Shown: in pieces, positions 62,667 through 64,000 of the stretch
Numbering within the stretch: position 1 is the first letter of the stretch
Layout of the letters: the number at the start of each line of letters is the position of its first letter
Source of the DNA: an uncultured delta proteobacterium
Lineage (GTDB): Bacteria > Desulfobacterota > Binatia > HRBIN30 > BPIQ01
Assembly (NCBI GenBank): GCA_963761335.1
Contig: CAVXGR010000021.1
Location: 64,001-128,000, forward strand
Reading direction: 5' to 3'
Length of the DNA stretch: 64,000 nt
Made by a program: the position numbers and the translations under genes
The notes under the pieces: generated by a model
Told to the model about the DNA's origin: nothing
The model's database searches: none
Seen by the model: only the letters and a program-made list of their open reading frames with translations

Positions 62667-63470
62667 ATGGCTGACTTCGAGACGGTGCGCTTCGAGGTGC
62701 GGGAGCGGGTGGCGACGATCACGCTCAATCGCCCGGAGAGGAAGAACGCGATGAATCAGCAGCTCAAAGACGAGCTGCGCTCCTGCTGGCAGCGGGTGAA
62801 GGCCGACCCGGACATCTGGGTGGCGATCATCACCGGCGCCGGGACGGCGTTCTCGAGCGGCGCCGACGTCGAGTCGCTGGCGACCGGCGGCTTCGTCAAG
62901 CCCGATCGCTGGCGCGAGCTGGCGATGATCGAGGGAATCGTCGAGCTGCCGACGCCGCGCCGGCAGCGGGTCCATAAGCCCGTCATCGCTGCGGTCAACG
63001 GGGTGGTCGCCGGCTTCTCTCTCGATCTGGTCACCGAGTCCGACATTCCCATCGCCTCGGAGCAGGCATCCTTCGTCGACCCGCACGTATCGATCGGCTA
63101 CGTCTCCTCCCACGAGATGGTGAACATGGCCCGGCGCGTGCCGGTGGCCGTCTGCCTGCGCATGGCGCTGCTCGGCAGTCGCGAGCGCATGAGCGCGCAG
63201 CGCGCCTACGAGGTGGGGTTGGTGACCGAGGTCGTGCCGCACGACAAGCTCATGGATCGCGCCCGCGAGCTCGCCGAGATGGTGCTCAGCAACTCGCCGC
63301 TGGCGGTGTGGGGCACGAAGATGGCCATTCTCCAGGGCCTCGGGCTGCCGATCCCGCAAGCCGAGGAGATCGCCGCCGGATACCTCGAGGTCGTCGAGCA
63401 GTCCGAAGATCACAGCGAAGGCCCGCGCTCTTTCGTCGAGAAGCGCAAGCCGGCGTGGAAAGCGCGGTGA
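62667..63470 (+). CDS. Enoyl-CoA hydratase/isomerase family protein
   Basis: ITLNRPERKNA, AFSSGADV, KPVIAAVNG and EGPRSFVEKRKP motifs. Confidence 0.9.
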   Translation: MADFETVRFEVRERVATITLNRPERKNAMNQQLKDELRSCWQRVKADPDIWVAIITGAGTAFSSGADVESLATGGFVKPDRWRELAMIEGIVELPTPRRQRVHKPVIAAVNGVVAGFSLDLVTESDIPIASEQASFVDPHVSIGYVSSHEMVNMARRVPVAVCLRMALLGSRERMSAQRAYEVGLVTEVVPHDKLMDRARELAEMVLSNSPLAVWGTKMAILQGLGLPIPQAEEIAAGYLEVVEQSEDHSEGPRSFVEKRKPAWKAR

Positions 63471-63519
63471 CCGCTGGGACCGCGGCCGCCCCGGCCGCAT
63501 CCTTCTTCGGTGCATGCCC

Positions 63520-64000
63520 ATGTCCATCCTGAAGATCCTCGGCATCGGCGGCAACGATGATTCGCAGCCCCGCAATCGCCTGGCGGTCGAGATTCGCGAG
63601 CGACTCGACGAGCTCACCCCCGAGCGCGCCAACTTCGTCGCCTGCTTCGCCGGCCTGCTGGTGCGCGTCGCCCGCGCCGATCAGCAGATCTCCGACGCCG
63701 AGCGGGCCGCGCTGCGGCGCCTGATCGCCGAGCAGGCCGGCCTCTCCGGTGACGAGTCGGCGAAGGTGGCGGAGATCGTCACCCACCACGCCCTCGATCT
63801 GGCGGGTATCGAGTACGCGCAGCTGACCCGCAGCTTCAACGAGATCGCCAGCGACGAGGAGAAGCTGCGGCTGATCGACTGCCTCTACGCCATCGCCACC
63901 GCCGAGAGCCCGGTCTCCGTGGTCGAGGAGGAGGAGATCCGCGCCGTCGCCAACGCTCTCCTGCTGTCGCACAGCCAGTTCATCGGCGTGCGCCTGCGTT
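63520..64000 (+). CDS. TerB family protein (3' end outside the window)
   Basis: Translated by hand: MSILKILG…LLVRVARADQQISDAE…LIDCLYAIATA…EEEEIRAVANALLL. Confidence 0.75.
   Translation, partial: MSILKILGIGGNDDSQPRNRLAVEIRERLDELTPERANFVACFAGLLVRVARADQQISDAERAALRRLIAEQAGLSGDESAKVAEIVTHHALDLAGIEYAQLTRSFNEIASDEEKLRLIDCLYAIATAESPVSVVEEEEIRAVANALLLSHSQFIGVRLR

Overview
This is a very GC-rich bacterial chromosomal segment with about 55 genes. It contains secreted proteins with Cys-rich (Myxococcus-type) repeats and Pro/Thr linkers, an F420-type LLM oxidoreductase, SDR/MaoC/amidohydrolase/crotonase genes and a class II RNR. That mix is typical of Binatota/deltaproteobacteria-like soil lineages, which is an inference only. 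Metabolic and housekeeping genes include argA-like and type II PanK-like genes, a gamma-glutamylation (PuuA/PuuD-like) cluster, a GH1 glucosidase, crcB-DUF190, nrdJ with tandem NrdR boxes, DciA and DprA homologues, an amino-acid ABC transporter, tadA and ilvD. The accessory content includes two type II toxin-antitoxin pairs, a heavily frameshifted glycoside hydrolase, a TetR-controlled phenol monooxygenase/GST/AhpD/NnrU cluster, and two tandem ~1100-1200 aa secreted beta-propeller/di-heme cytochrome c paralogues. The least explained signals are three. (1) A nested intergenic repeat system: GTAG-type REPs, a TIR-bounded MITE with a 4-bp target duplication inserted in the loop of another REP, and inverted arrays of 6-, 7-, 8- and 9-mer repeats. 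No cognate transposase is in the window. (2) A C-terminal domain apparently shared by three secreted proteins of two unrelated types. (3) Several degenerate enzyme homologues. I found no rRNA, tRNA, CRISPR array or prophage. All calls come from motif recognition by eye, with no database searches run.
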